Assembly (NCBI GenBank): GCA_965112635.1
Contig: OZ218778.1
Coordinates: forward strand, 2,304,001-2,368,000
From: an uncultured bacterium
Lineage (GTDB): Bacteria; Oederibacteriota; Oederibacteriia; Oederibacteriales; Oederibacteriaceae
Direction of reading: 5' to 3'
DNA: 64,000 nt
The position numbers were made by a program, and so were the translations under genes. Below are positions 50,935-61,909 of this stretch, in pieces. How positions within the stretch are numbered: position 1 is the first letter of the stretch; each line of letters opens with the position of its first letter. The notes beneath the pieces were generated by a model that saw only the letters and a list, made by a program, of their open reading frames with translations, had not been told where the DNA came from and ran no database searches.

Positions 50935-52245
50935 TTACTTGGTCAGATCGTATGTCCCGCTCTTCTCACCGAACACGCCCCATTTATCCAAAGCTTTTTT
51001 TAGCTCTCGGTTGGATTCGGCCGCAACCCTGAGCGGAGTATGGCTTAAAGTAGCTTTGATGGCCTGGTAAAAAGCTTTCACCCCGGCCACTACCCCGTCC
51101 GGATGCGCGTGTATCCCCCCACCAGCACCAATAAGAAAATCGTTCCCAAAATACTCCATCATTTCAGTAACCATGCCAGGATAATTCCCGGCCGCTGGCC
51201 CAGGCAGAACCTTTTTCAGGTTATACATGGGATAAGTCAATTCATGTGCCACCCGTACGGCTTTTTCTTTCACTAATGGTACCTTGCCAAAGGGTCCGGG
51301 GTAAATTAGCATGTCGGCCCCGCTCAACCTCAAAAATTTTCCAAAAATAAGATTGGAGGTAAGGCCATAAAGAGGCGACTCAAACTGGCTTCCTGCGTAG
51401 GCTGGATGGGCCAAGATCGGCAGTTCTATCTGTTTATTTTCAGCCAATTCTTGTAAAGCGCCATATCCAACGGCATAGGCGTTGACCATAAGAGCATTAC
51501 CTCCCATCTTTTGGACCTTTAATGCTTTTTTGACCATAAGTGATGGGGTATCGGTCACATTGATGGTATAAAGCGTCTTCTTGCCGGTCTGCTTACAAGC
51601 CTTTTGGATGCCCTTCATGCATTCGCTTAATCTCGCTTCCACGGAACAAAATTCTGGATCGGCTAACAACTCGTCGTCCTTGATAATATCAATCCCTCCC
51701 ATAGCCATCTCATAGACCAACTTTCCCGCAGTCTTCGCAGAGATTCCCACACAAGGCTTGATCATTCCACATAAGAGGGGGCGTCCATGAACATCCAAAA
51801 GCTTCCGGATACCCGCGATGCCAAATTTTGGTCCTTGAAAATGGCTGACAAAAGATTTGGGAAGAAAAACATCTAGCAATTTAAGCCGGCTGAGCATGGA
51901 AATATTGCCGTATAGCGTCGTAATCAATTCTGGTATTTGATAATTGATATTAATGATCGGGAACGCAACAATAATAATGAATTTACGGGTCTTCACTTCA
52001 GGCGGAACCATATCTTCGTAACTAGGTACTTCATGGACCCCGATGACCCGTCCGCCGCTAACTTTCTTGACCGTATCTGTATCTTCTGGGACCGGTTGCC
52101 ACGTTCCGGTTGTTTGCTCAACGGCCAAAGCAGCCGACCGCATTAAGAGATCCGATGTTTCAGCTTCAGAATAATAAATGGCCAGGATATATTTTTCTTT
52201 GTCCAAACCTTCAAAAATATCAAAGGTAAAAGGATCATATCTCAT
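50935..52245 (-). CDS. RuBisCO-like protein (form IV)
   Basis: EQTTGTW, GPKFG, MIKPCVG, DIIKDDE, HPAYAG, PGPFGK, GAGGGIHAHPDG; lacks several carboxylase residues. Confidence 0.92.
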   Translation of the reverse strand: MRYDPFTFDIFEGLDKEKYILAIYYSEAETSDLLMRSAALAVEQTTGTWQPVPEDTDTVKKVSGGRVIGVHEVPSYEDMVPPEVKTRKFIIIVAFPIININYQIPELITTLYGNISMLSRLKLLDVFLPKSFVSHFQGPKFGIAGIRKLLDVHGRPLLCGMIKPCVGISAKTAGKLVYEMAMGGIDIIKDDELLADPEFCSVEARLSECMKGIQKACKQTGKKTLYTINVTDTPSLMVKKALKVQKMGGNALMVNAYAVGYGALQELAENKQIELPILAHPAYAGSQFESPLYGLTSNLIFGKFLRLSGADMLIYPGPFGKVPLVKEKAVRVAHELTYPMYNLKKVLPGPAAGNYPGMVTEMMEYFGNDFLIGAGGGIHAHPDGVVAGVKAFYQAIKATLSHTPLRVAAESNRELKKALDKWGVFGEKSGTYDLTK

Positions 52246-52436
52246 GGATTTGTCCTCCTTACAAAAAATATAAGCATCTATTTTCCCAATTATTCACATT
52301 TAATAGATATATGCAACCCTTGATTAAAAAATAACAGATGTTTTCAGTCGGATGTTTTCCATTCAAATTTTCGCTTCTCATGGTAAACTTGCTTTGAATA
52401 AACCCTAAAAACCTACGGGTTGCAATAGGAGTTATC

Positions 52437-52895
52437 ATGGAAAAGAACACAGGGTGGCTTGAGAAAAGAAAGCACGAGCGGGTGGATGTCGTAATAAAGA
52501 TAAAATTTACCCCGCTTAATGAGAAAGAAATATCCAGCCTTAATATTAAAGAAAATTATCAGTCAGTGGACAGCACAGTGTTGTCCGAATTTTCTAAACA
52601 AGAAAAGACCCTCGAAGCCATAACCCAGGATATTGGATCGGGGGGCATCATGATAGTCAGCAATACGCCACTATTTTTTGGTCAAAAGCTTCTAATAGAA
52701 ATGGTTTTGCCCAATGCAAGAAGGACATTGAGGGCACTGGTGAGAGTGGTCCGCGTTCAGGAAGACAGAGGCAAAGCTGCACCGGCTTATCGAGCAGCCA
52801 TCCAGATCATCTCGATCAATCAGGCAGACCTCGAGGATCTAGAGCGTTTTGTACAGAATCAGATCATGAAAGACATCTTAAAAAAGATGACGTAG
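52437..52895 (+). CDS. stand-alone PilZ-domain protein
   Basis: EKRKHERV and DIGSGG motifs, VRVVRV; AGGAG RBS; TGGTAAACT extended -10 at 52381-52389. Confidence 0.82.
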   Translation: MEKNTGWLEKRKHERVDVVIKIKFTPLNEKEISSLNIKENYQSVDSTVLSEFSKQEKTLEAITQDIGSGGIMIVSNTPLFFGQKLLIEMVLPNARRTLRALVRVVRVQEDRGKAAPAYRAAIQIISINQADLEDLERFVQNQIMKDILKKMT

Positions 52896-52912
52896 GTTCC
52901 ATTAGAGAACCT

Positions 52913-55642
<2,730 letters not shown>

Positions 55643-55663
55643 CTTCCCTCCTTATTGCATTAT

Positions 55664-55718
55664 ACCATATACCTTGTGTGAGGATTGAGTATATACCACT
55701 ACCTGTTGTGCTTGTCAA
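55664..55718 (-). promoter_or_regulatory. tandem NrdR boxes overlapping the nrdJ promoter
   Basis: accatataccttgtgt (55664-55679) and ccactacctgttgtgc (55696-55711) resemble acaCwAtATaTwGtgt, 32 nt apart; TTGACA -35 at 55713-55718. Confidence 0.72.
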
Positions 55719-55838
55719 TGAAACCTCAAAATATTCCAGTAAGTTTATACTACTTTTAAAAGATTGATTTAAAAATTGCCTAAGGAGGGTTAAAAGGGAT
55801 AATATGAAGTGCGTTCTCTCTAAACTTTTACTGGTTAC

Positions 55839-57149
55839 TTACCCTTCTTCTGCGCTTATTAATCCTTCCTCGGTCCAAACAAATTCTTCATCCTCAATCA
55901 TGACCACGTCGCCAACTTTAACATGGAGCTCTTTTAGGTTGTCGATTAATCCGATTTTCTGCATGATCGTCTGGAATCTAGTTGCCGCCTCAAAATTTCC
56001 AAAATCGGTCATCTTTGACCATTTCACGGGCTCCTTGCCAGTAACAATAATATCCCTGCCCTCCTGTTTGATGCTGAACCTAGCTTCCGCTTTATAAACT
56101 TTTGAGGCAATCTCCATATCCGGAACAGGAGCCAGGCTTTTGACCAAAAAGGCCAGCCTGTTAAGTAGTTCTGGGATGCCTTGGCCTGTAAAAGCGGATA
56201 TGGGGAAACATTCTATCTTTTTCCTTTTGAGTGACCTGGCCAGCTTTGAATATTCCGCGGTGGATTTAAAAAGGTCCATCTTGTTGGCTACAACGACCTG
56301 GGGTCTTTTGGCTAAGTTAGCGCTGTATTCTGCTAACTCCTTGTTGATAATTTTAAAATCTTCCAAAGGTCCTCTTTTCTTTTTTTTCATCTCATCATCT
56401 AGCAAAGAGGACATATCAATAAGGTGCACTAACAACTTCGTTCTTTCCACATGTCTCAAAAACTGGATTCCCAATCCCGTGCCACGATGCGCGCCTTCGA
56501 TCAGACCAGGTATATCTGCTACAGTATAGCTATCCCCCAAATCGTTTTTAACTACCCCCAAATTGGGCGTCAAAGTCGTAAATTCATAATCCGCTATTTT
56601 GGGATGTGCGTGAGAGATACGTGAAAGCAATGTAGATTTACCCGCATTAGGAAAACCTATAAGCCCAACGTCCGCAAGTAACTTTAATTCTAACAAAAGT
56701 ATCTTATCCTCTCCTGGCTCCCCCTTTTCAAATAAGGTAGGCGCTTGATGCGTGGAAGATTTAAAGCTGGCATTTCCCCTGCCGCCACGCCCTCCATTAG
56801 CAGCTAAATATTTTGATCCGGGATTTTTTAGATCAGCCAATATCTCGCCATTTTCTGAATCTTTTACAATGGTGCCCACAGGCACTTTCAAAATAAGAGC
56901 GGGTGCCCCCCTGCCCGTGCAGTCATCACCTTCGCCGTTTTCGCCGTCCAGAGCTTTGTAGTGGGGATGATAGCGGAAATCCTGCAAAGTGGTCAACCTG
57001 GGATCTGCCTCTAGAAAAACATCTCCGCCGTTCCCGCCATTGCCTCCGCTAGGACCGCCCAAAGGTCTGCGAGTTTCCCTTTGGAATGCCATACAACCAT
57101 TACCGCCGTCACCTGCTTTAAGGACGATTTTGGCTTCATCAATAAACAT
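55839..57149 (-). CDS. obgE: GTPase ObgE/CgtA with C-terminal extension domain
   Basis: Gly-rich Obg domain, GFPNAGKST, FTTL, DIPG, NKMD, SAFTG. Confidence 0.97.
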   Translation of the reverse strand: MFIDEAKIVLKAGDGGNGCMAFQRETRRPLGGPSGGNGGNGGDVFLEADPRLTTLQDFRYHPHYKALDGENGEGDDCTGRGAPALILKVPVGTIVKDSENGEILADLKNPGSKYLAANGGRGGRGNASFKSSTHQAPTLFEKGEPGEDKILLLELKLLADVGLIGFPNAGKSTLLSRISHAHPKIADYEFTTLTPNLGVVKNDLGDSYTVADIPGLIEGAHRGTGLGIQFLRHVERTKLLVHLIDMSSLLDDEMKKKKRGPLEDFKIINKELAEYSANLAKRPQVVVANKMDLFKSTAEYSKLARSLKRKKIECFPISAFTGQGIPELLNRLAFLVKSLAPVPDMEIASKVYKAEARFSIKQEGRDIIVTGKEPVKWSKMTDFGNFEAATRFQTIMQKIGLIDNLKELHVKVGDVVMIEDEEFVWTEEGLISAEEG

Positions 57150-57274
57150 CTATTCTATTGCCTCCAAAGTGATTTGAATGGAAACCAAGATATCTCAAAA
57201 CCATTATAAGTCTGGTGAAATTAAAAAAACTAAGGTGTTTTTGGGCAAAAAGGTTGAATTATTGGAAAGATGGA

Positions 57275-57544
57275 CTACTTTTTTGAAGGAACAGCGTCGA
57301 TAATGCTTACTTTTTTCTGGCCTTCACGGACCGTGGAAAACTGCACAAAACCTTTCTTTAGTGCAAACAAAGTATCGTCCTTGCCAATGCCCACCCCAAA
57401 CCCAGGCTTGATTTTAGTACCTCTTTGACGGACCAGGATTTGTCCGGTCAAAACAGATTCGCCCCCGAACTTCTTTATACCTAGTCTTTGCCCTGGACTG
57501 TTCCTTCCGTTTGTTGTACTACCGCCGCTTTTACTTGTTGCCAT
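57275..57544 (-). CDS. rpmA: 50S ribosomal protein bL27
   Basis: [31 protein letters not shown]. Confidence 0.97.
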   Translation of the reverse strand: MATSKSGGSTTNGRNSPGQRLGIKKFGGESVLTGQILVRQRGTKIKPGFGVGIGKDDTLFALKKGFVQFSTVREGQKKVSIIDAVPSKK

Positions 57545-57556
57545 GGACTGACTCCT

Positions 57557-57868
57557 TTACAACAATATCTCGTCTATTTTTAGGCGCGTGTAATTTTGAC
57601 GGTGCCCCCTGATCCGCGCGTAGCTTTTTGTGCTTTTATACTTGAATACGATGATTTTTTTGCCTCTGCCTTGGCCCAGGATGGTTCCGACCACCTTGGC
57701 GTTAGGAACATAAGGATTTCCGACCGTCACCTTTTGCTCGTCAGCAACAAGTAAAACATGGCTTAATTCAGCCTTTTGGTTAATTGCTCCCGGCAAAGTC
57801 TCCATATCCAGGACATCCCCGGGTTTGACTTTAAATTGTTTGCTTCCGCTTTCTACGATTGCGTACAC
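57557..57868 (-). CDS. rplU: 50S ribosomal protein bL21
   Basis: MYAIVESGSKQFKV, GHRQNYT; GTG start, AGGAG RBS, TTGACA at 57923-57928. Confidence 0.97.
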   Translation of the reverse strand: MYAIVESGSKQFKVKPGDVLDMETLPGAINQKAELSHVLLVADEQKVTVGNPYVPNAKVVGTILGQGRGKKIIVFKYKSTKSYARIRGHRQNYTRLKIDEILL

Positions 57869-57939
57869 TTAGAACTCCTATACCGAAAAAGTTACAACAT
57901 ATTAATTGGTCAATTATAGTAATGTCAAGTAAAATTTGG

Positions 57940-60900
57940 TCATTCCCAGCCATCTTGGGGCACATACCCTTGAAAATAACTCACCACAGTAAAATCGACC
58001 CGCCACTCATTGTAGTAGTAATTCAAATCCTTATAATAGCTGAGCTTCCTTCCTTCCCTTAGAGTGTATTCCACCCCGATCTTATGACCAATGACCTCAT
58101 TGATGGAAGAGCCCAGAACATTGAGAGGAGTGGGGGTACCAGACCCCCCCACCGTCGTGACCACGGAAGGATCCTGGTCCAACAGAACGAGCTTGTAGTT
58201 CACATACAGGTTGGATGTGAAATTCTTGCCCAGCTCGAACTCCACGTTCTTGAGAAGACTGGCAACATTAGTCTGGTTCGCCTGGGGAATCGCGGTCTGG
58301 GTGACTGCCTGGGGAGATACTGTAGCGGTAGTATTCGTATCCTCTTGGGCCTTTTCACTAGTCTGCCGAACCGCCACCACGTCGGCCAGCCACGATAGGT
58401 AGCCCGAAACACTTCTAAAAAACCAGCCGAAAAAATACCTGAAAGAGGTATCGGTCAGGGCGTCGATGCTTTGTTGCTGAAAGTTCTGACCCTGCATTCC
58501 CGAAAAGCTCTTGCCCAGGGTCAGGTAGGTGGCGATATCGCCATTAGAGATTGCTGGGCTGGACGAAAACTCCACCACAAAAGGCAACTCTTCAGCGCCC
58601 ATGCTGCCTTTTTCCCTCATCTCATCGGGATTGGGCGGCCTCAGGGCAATATAAAAAGTGACGCTGTCCAGGTCTTTGGGGCTTGGAGTGTTGACGGTGG
58701 CGGGGTCTTTGATGCCTGAGTTTTTGATAGCATTGGTCTTGCCGTAGATAAAAAGATACAACTTGTTCTTTTTTTCTGTCTCGCTGTAGATCAATTCCAG
58801 ACGGCTGCGGTTCTTTTCACCCGCGCCGATCTCTGAACTCGCCTGGTACACGTTATTGTTGGCAGCCGAAGTCTGCCCTAAATTCCCTCCGGTCGTGGAA
58901 GCGGATCCTGACGCAGGGTTATTGGCATTGATCGAGGTGTCCACTGAGGAGGACTGCTTGTCCTGCACAGAGAACTGGGTGTTGATATAGGTAAACTGGC
59001 CTTTATCTTTGATGAAATAGATGAATCCGTTTGTCTTGATCACCGGGCCCCTGCCTCCGAGCAGAATAAAATTACGGGCAGGGTCCGTGTCCATATCAAC
59101 CGCGATGTTCGTGATGAGCTTGACGTCCACGCCCTTGAGCCCGAAAGCGCCCTGGGCCAGTCTGCCGATGCCGTCTTGGTTGACGTATTGCAGCCTTTTT
59201 CTGAAACCGACCTTGATGTTCCACTCCGTGTCGTCCAGGAAAGACCGGCCCCCGGCCTGGGATGCCAGAGCGCTGGCCTGGGGGCTGTAGGTAAGCGCGG
59301 TATCCACCAGGTTCAGATTTCCCCAAACCTCCTGGTGGGGCGCGCTGTCCTTTTCCTCGACCCAGCCGTCCTTCCCCAGCCTGTGCCTAGTCATGCCCTT
59401 TTGAAAAGTGATGTCAGCATCGACATATCCACGCATGATCTCCGGCAAATAATTAAAAGTAACCCCCTGGTCGTGGTCCGTGACCAATCGCACCTTGTAG
59501 GAATCGGGCAGCCACTGCGTGGCCCAAAGATAACCAGTGATGTTAAAAGTGCGGTCTACCCTGCCTTCTCCCCGCTTAAACTCAAAATAGTTCTTGTTTT
59601 GACCGTCCACAGGGTCTGTTTTTTGGCTGGTTTGCACTTCAATATTGATATCTTCGATAGGGTGCCCTCTCTCATGAATCCCTTTCTTTACCAAATAAAT
59701 ATTTTCTGGAATAATACGCCCGCCACGAATAAATAAAGTACCCGTGATGATGGGATTGGCATAAGTGCCCCGGATTCCCAAATCTATCTGGATCTGGCCG
59801 TTGGCTTCAGCAACTCCTGGCAAAGCGGCCAATAACCCAAGGTCCCCTTCTGGGCTCATGACCCTAAGGGACATTTCGCGCCCCTGAATGGCTTCTTGTC
59901 CCTTTTTACTCCAAACTAAAGGGAGAGCGCCTGAAATCGTCATCACCTTTTTACCGCTAGCCTGCACAACAACAGATTTGGAGGCGTCATCCTTGGATGA
60001 AAGCTGGAACACGCCCCCTTGATAGTCGACGGGAATATCAATGAAGTCGTAATTAAACCGATTGAGCATGCCGTTGCGGAGGGCTAGTTCCCCGCTCATG
60101 GTGGGCAGGTCTTGATTTCCATCGACCAGAAGGGACAGGGAAAGTGATCCACTAACATTATCTAGGCTGACCCATGGTCTTATGAGGGGGGCCAACTCGC
60201 TGACTTGTACCTTTGTTAGATCGCTTCTAAGTTTATCAAAAACAAGTCTTCCCTTGTCGAACCTCAAAGCACCCCCGATTTTCCACCGGCCGTCCGCTGT
60301 AGCTACGTTACATTTTGCACTGTCGGAACCACCCGACATTTCCGCGGTCAAAGCAGAGTATTGTTTGCCAAACACGGAGAACGGCCCAAGGGTATTGGCA
60401 TGACCTTCCCAGTGCAATTTTGTTGGATTGCCAGAAATCTCCACGCTTGCGTCGACTTTGCCAGCCAAATCGTATTGGTTAAAGAAAACGGCTTTTACAG
60501 TTGCCAAATCAATGCCGTCCGCATTGAATTTCAGGGCCAATTCAGGATTGTTGCCATATTTAAAGTTGATCTTCCCTGAACCGGATAGTGACCCACCAAG
60601 ACAATCTGCCTTGAAATCCTTTAAAGCGAAAAGGCCGCCGTTGAAAGACCCTGTCAGAGAGGTGCGGACAAAATCCAGGTTGTTGATTTTTGCTTGTTGA
60701 ATAATTAAACCAAAATCCACACGCGGGGCGTTCAGGGGACCGTTAACGCTTCCAACAATATCCACTTCGCCCGTACAAGTGAGATTTTTCAACGGAATAT
60801 AATCCTTAAAAATATCTAGGGGAATTTGTTTTGAGGTGATATCCATGTGAATAATTGGATTTTTGAAATCCATAATCTTTCCCGAAACAGCGCAGGAACT

Positions 60901-61899
60901 TCCGGCAATGCTAGCTATTAAGCTGTCGATTTGGACAAAATCCTTAGTTATGGACATCTCAAGATTGACATCTTTAAAATCATCTTTAAGGGGCGGCATC
61001 AATACTTGCGCTCCTGTAACTTGAATCTTACCTGCCGGGATTAATCGGTCAAGCAATGTCTCTAAAGTTCCCTGGCCCGATTCCAAGTTTAACTCAGCCG
61101 TTAAATATCCTTTTTTGAGTTCTACTGGTAGAAACGTCAAAAAATCACTGTAGGATGAAAGGTCAATGGTGTTGACCTTTACTCTGCCTGAAGTCTCGCC
61201 CGTCTTAAGGTTAAAATCCCCCCTCAAAAAAATGTCAGCCTGGGAATGGTCATTGGATACCGCGGTAAATTTAAAACGACCCTGATTAAAATCAAGGTTG
61301 CCTTGGATGTCGTCGACCTTAGCCACTATTCTCTTGGAAAGGTCGGTCAAAATTAGCTTACCACTGTCGATGATCAACTTGCCCTTAAGACCGGCAAACA
61401 TGTCGGGCTGGTTGCCAGCTTTGCTCGGTGTTTTTTGCATTGATGGGCTTTGGGGTTTTCGCTGAATAGCGGGCTTGGCCATGATTTCCTGTCTTGTTTC
61501 TGAGCCCTCGTTGGAAAAACTCCATTGCCCGCTCTTTTCTTTGTTCAAATAAAAAGTGGGCCTTACGATTGTAATGCTGTCCACAATCTCAAACAAACTC
61601 GCTTTTTCTGAGAACATCTTTAGTGGCTTATATTTCAACACGATCTTGTCCAGCTTAAATAGACTGCCCGAGGAGGGATCTTCGCTGTTGGCTATGGAAA
61701 TTCCCTGGGCGGTTAGTTCGCTCAAGGGGTTCCCGTAAAGATCTTTGATAATCACAGCCCTGCCGATCTGTTTGGACAGGGAGTTTTCTATAAAACTTTT
61801 TACAGGCGCTAAAATAGTGGAATTAAGGCCAGCTTGCCCGGGATCGCTAGCGGCAAGGATAAATAAAATAAAAATTAGGCCAATTCGTTGGAATCTCAC
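57940..61899 (-). CDS. AsmA/TamB-like large envelope protein
   Basis: N-terminal signal/TM, long run of amphipathic beta strands with recurring G...P motifs, TamB-like C-terminus (SSPAIS..DI..YL..G, ELGKNFTSNLYVNY). Confidence 0.72.
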   Translation of the reverse strand: MRFQRIGLIFILFILAASDPGQAGLNSTILAPVKSFIENSLSKQIGRAVIIKDLYGNPLSELTAQGISIANSEDPSSGSLFKLDKIVLKYKPLKMFSEKASLFEIVDSITIVRPTFYLNKEKSGQWSFSNEGSETRQEIMAKPAIQRKPQSPSMQKTPSKAGNQPDMFAGLKGKLIIDSGKLILTDLSKRIVAKVDDIQGNLDFNQGRFKFTAVSNDHSQADIFLRGDFNLKTGETSGRVKVNTIDLSSYSDFLTFLPVELKKGYLTAELNLESGQGTLETLLDRLIPAGKIQVTGAQVLMPPLKDDFKDVNLEMSITKDFVQIDSLIASIAGSSCAVSGKIMDFKNPIIHMDITSKQIPLDIFKDYIPLKNLTCTGEVDIVGSVNGPLNAPRVDFGLIIQQAKINNLDFVRTSLTGSFNGGLFALKDFKADCLGGSLSGSGKINFKYGNNPELALKFNADGIDLATVKAVFFNQYDLAGKVDASVEISGNPTKLHWEGHANTLGPFSVFGKQYSALTAEMSGGSDSAKCNVATADGRWKIGGALRFDKGRLVFDKLRSDLTKVQVSELAPLIRPWVSLDNVSGSLSLSLLVDGNQDLPTMSGELALRNGMLNRFNYDFIDIPVDYQGGVFQLSSKDDASKSVVVQASGKKVMTISGALPLVWSKKGQEAIQGREMSLRVMSPEGDLGLLAALPGVAEANGQIQIDLGIRGTYANPIITGTLFIRGGRIIPENIYLVKKGIHERGHPIEDINIEVQTSQKTDPVDGQNKNYFEFKRGEGRVDRTFNITGYLWATQWLPDSYKVRLVTDHDQGVTFNYLPEIMRGYVDADITFQKGMTRHRLGKDGWVEEKDSAPHQEVWGNLNLVDTALTYSPQASALASQAGGRSFLDDTEWNIKVGFRKRLQYVNQDGIGRLAQGAFGLKGVDVKLITNIAVDMDTDPARNFILLGGRGPVIKTNGFIYFIKDKGQFTYINTQFSVQDKQSSSVDTSINANNPASGSASTTGGNLGQTSAANNNVYQASSEIGAGEKNRSRLELIYSETEKKNKLYLFIYGKTNAIKNSGIKDPATVNTPSPKDLDSVTFYIALRPPNPDEMREKGSMGAEELPFVVEFSSSPAISNGDIATYLTLGKSFSGMQGQNFQQQSIDALTDTSFRYFFGWFFRSVSGYLSWLADVVAVRQTSEKAQEDTNTTATVSPQAVTQTAIPQANQTNVASLLKNVEFELGKNFTSNLYVNYKLVLLDQDPSVVTTVGGSGTPTPLNVLGSSINEVIGHKIGVEYTLREGRKLSYYKDLNYYYNEWRVDFTVVSYFQGYVPQDGWE

Positions 61900-61909
61900 G
61901 TCTCATCCC

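Noticed and set aside
50935-52245. CO2-fixing RuBisCO / Calvin cycle
   Set aside because: K177, R295, H327 and S379 equivalents are substituted; no small subunit or phosphoribulokinase in the window
52378-52430. c-di-GMP-I riboswitch upstream of the PilZ gene (GGTAAAC...GGGTTGC)
   Set aside because: No GNRA stem or GCAAA core and too short; GGTAAAC is better explained as an extended -10 box
52259-52450. 63-aa minus-strand ORF upstream of the RLP
   Set aside because: Spans the AT-rich divergent promoter region and overlaps the PilZ start; no RBS or motif
55776-56097. Plus-strand 97-aa ORF preceded by TAAGGAGG
   Set aside because: Mostly antisense to the obgE 3' end, Ser-rich shadow composition, and the strong SD is too far from the ATG
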